Shown: piece by piece, positions 63,489-64,000 of the stretch
How the letters are laid out: each line of letters opens with the position of its first letter
How positions within the stretch are numbered: position 1 is the stretch's first letter
Assembly (NCBI GenBank): GCA_030167865.1
Contig: JALAGF010003973.1
Span: 1 to 64,000 of the forward strand
Length of the DNA: 64,000 bases
Direction: 5' to 3'
Source: Craspedostauros australis
Lineage: Eukaryota
Made by a program: the position numbers and the translations under genes
Notes under the pieces: generated by a model
Told to the model about the DNA's origin: nothing
Database searches by the model: none
The model's input: only the letters and a program-made list of their open reading frames with translations

Positions 63489-64000
63489 GCACTGCCGTTA
63501 ACGTGTTTGGCTGTGTCTTGATGCGAGCTGCGAGATGGCAGTTGATGTGGGGATGCGAGCTTGAGGGGGTTGCAAAGGATGTGAGGAAGAAGATGGTAAA
63601 AGAGTGTTGGTATACGGAGGAATCGAAGCTCCAATTGGCTTTGCCGTCCTCGCAGTCGTTGATGATGTTGACGTTGATGATACCAGTGAGTGTCTGTGAT
63701 GATGTTGGTAGCAATGGTAGCAGACAAGGATGATGATGGTCGTGGTAATGGTAATGGTAATGGTAATGGTAGTGGTGGAAGTGGAAGTGGGAGTGGGAGT
63801 GCCTTTGTTGTTGCCAAATCAGAGATGCATCTGTGCGAGTGAGTTGACGTTGGAGTGATGACGATGGCGGAGCCGTGGCGCTGTGTGGTGTGGCGTGATA
63901 CGCTCCCTCTCTCTTCCTCTCTTCCCAACTCTCGTTGTTTGTCCTTGGGGTGTTGTGCCTGTTGCGGCTTTGGTTTCCGTCTCTGGGTTTGCTGGCGCTG

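Overview
Eukaryotic nuclear DNA that looks like a diatom (photosynthetic stramenopile): GT-AG introns, bipartite signal-peptide+Phe plastid-targeting leaders, and Asp/Gln/Ser low-complexity tracts. The species cannot be determined from the window. It holds about 18 protein-coding genes: HIS6/HisA, a ~5,400-aa SPRY/UBA/MIB-HERC2/HECT ligase, a SUMO-like+BTB protein, a plastid 2OG-Fe(II) oxygenase, a SET protein, Hsp110, a TVP38/DedA protein, a rubredoxin fusion, BRE1, a glycosyltransferase-like protein, plastid SUI1/YciH, plastid HPF/PSRP1, a PH-domain protein and several hypotheticals. The standout is at 3527-3603: a complete tRNA-Arg(ACG) encoded in circularly permuted order (3' half, 5-nt spacer, 5' half), with an upstream TATA-like element and an oligo-T terminator. 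I know this gene type from a red alga, prasinophytes, a nucleomorph and an archaeon, but not from diatoms. Domain calls are by-eye motif recognition, not database searches. No CRISPR array, rRNA or recognisable transposon was seen.
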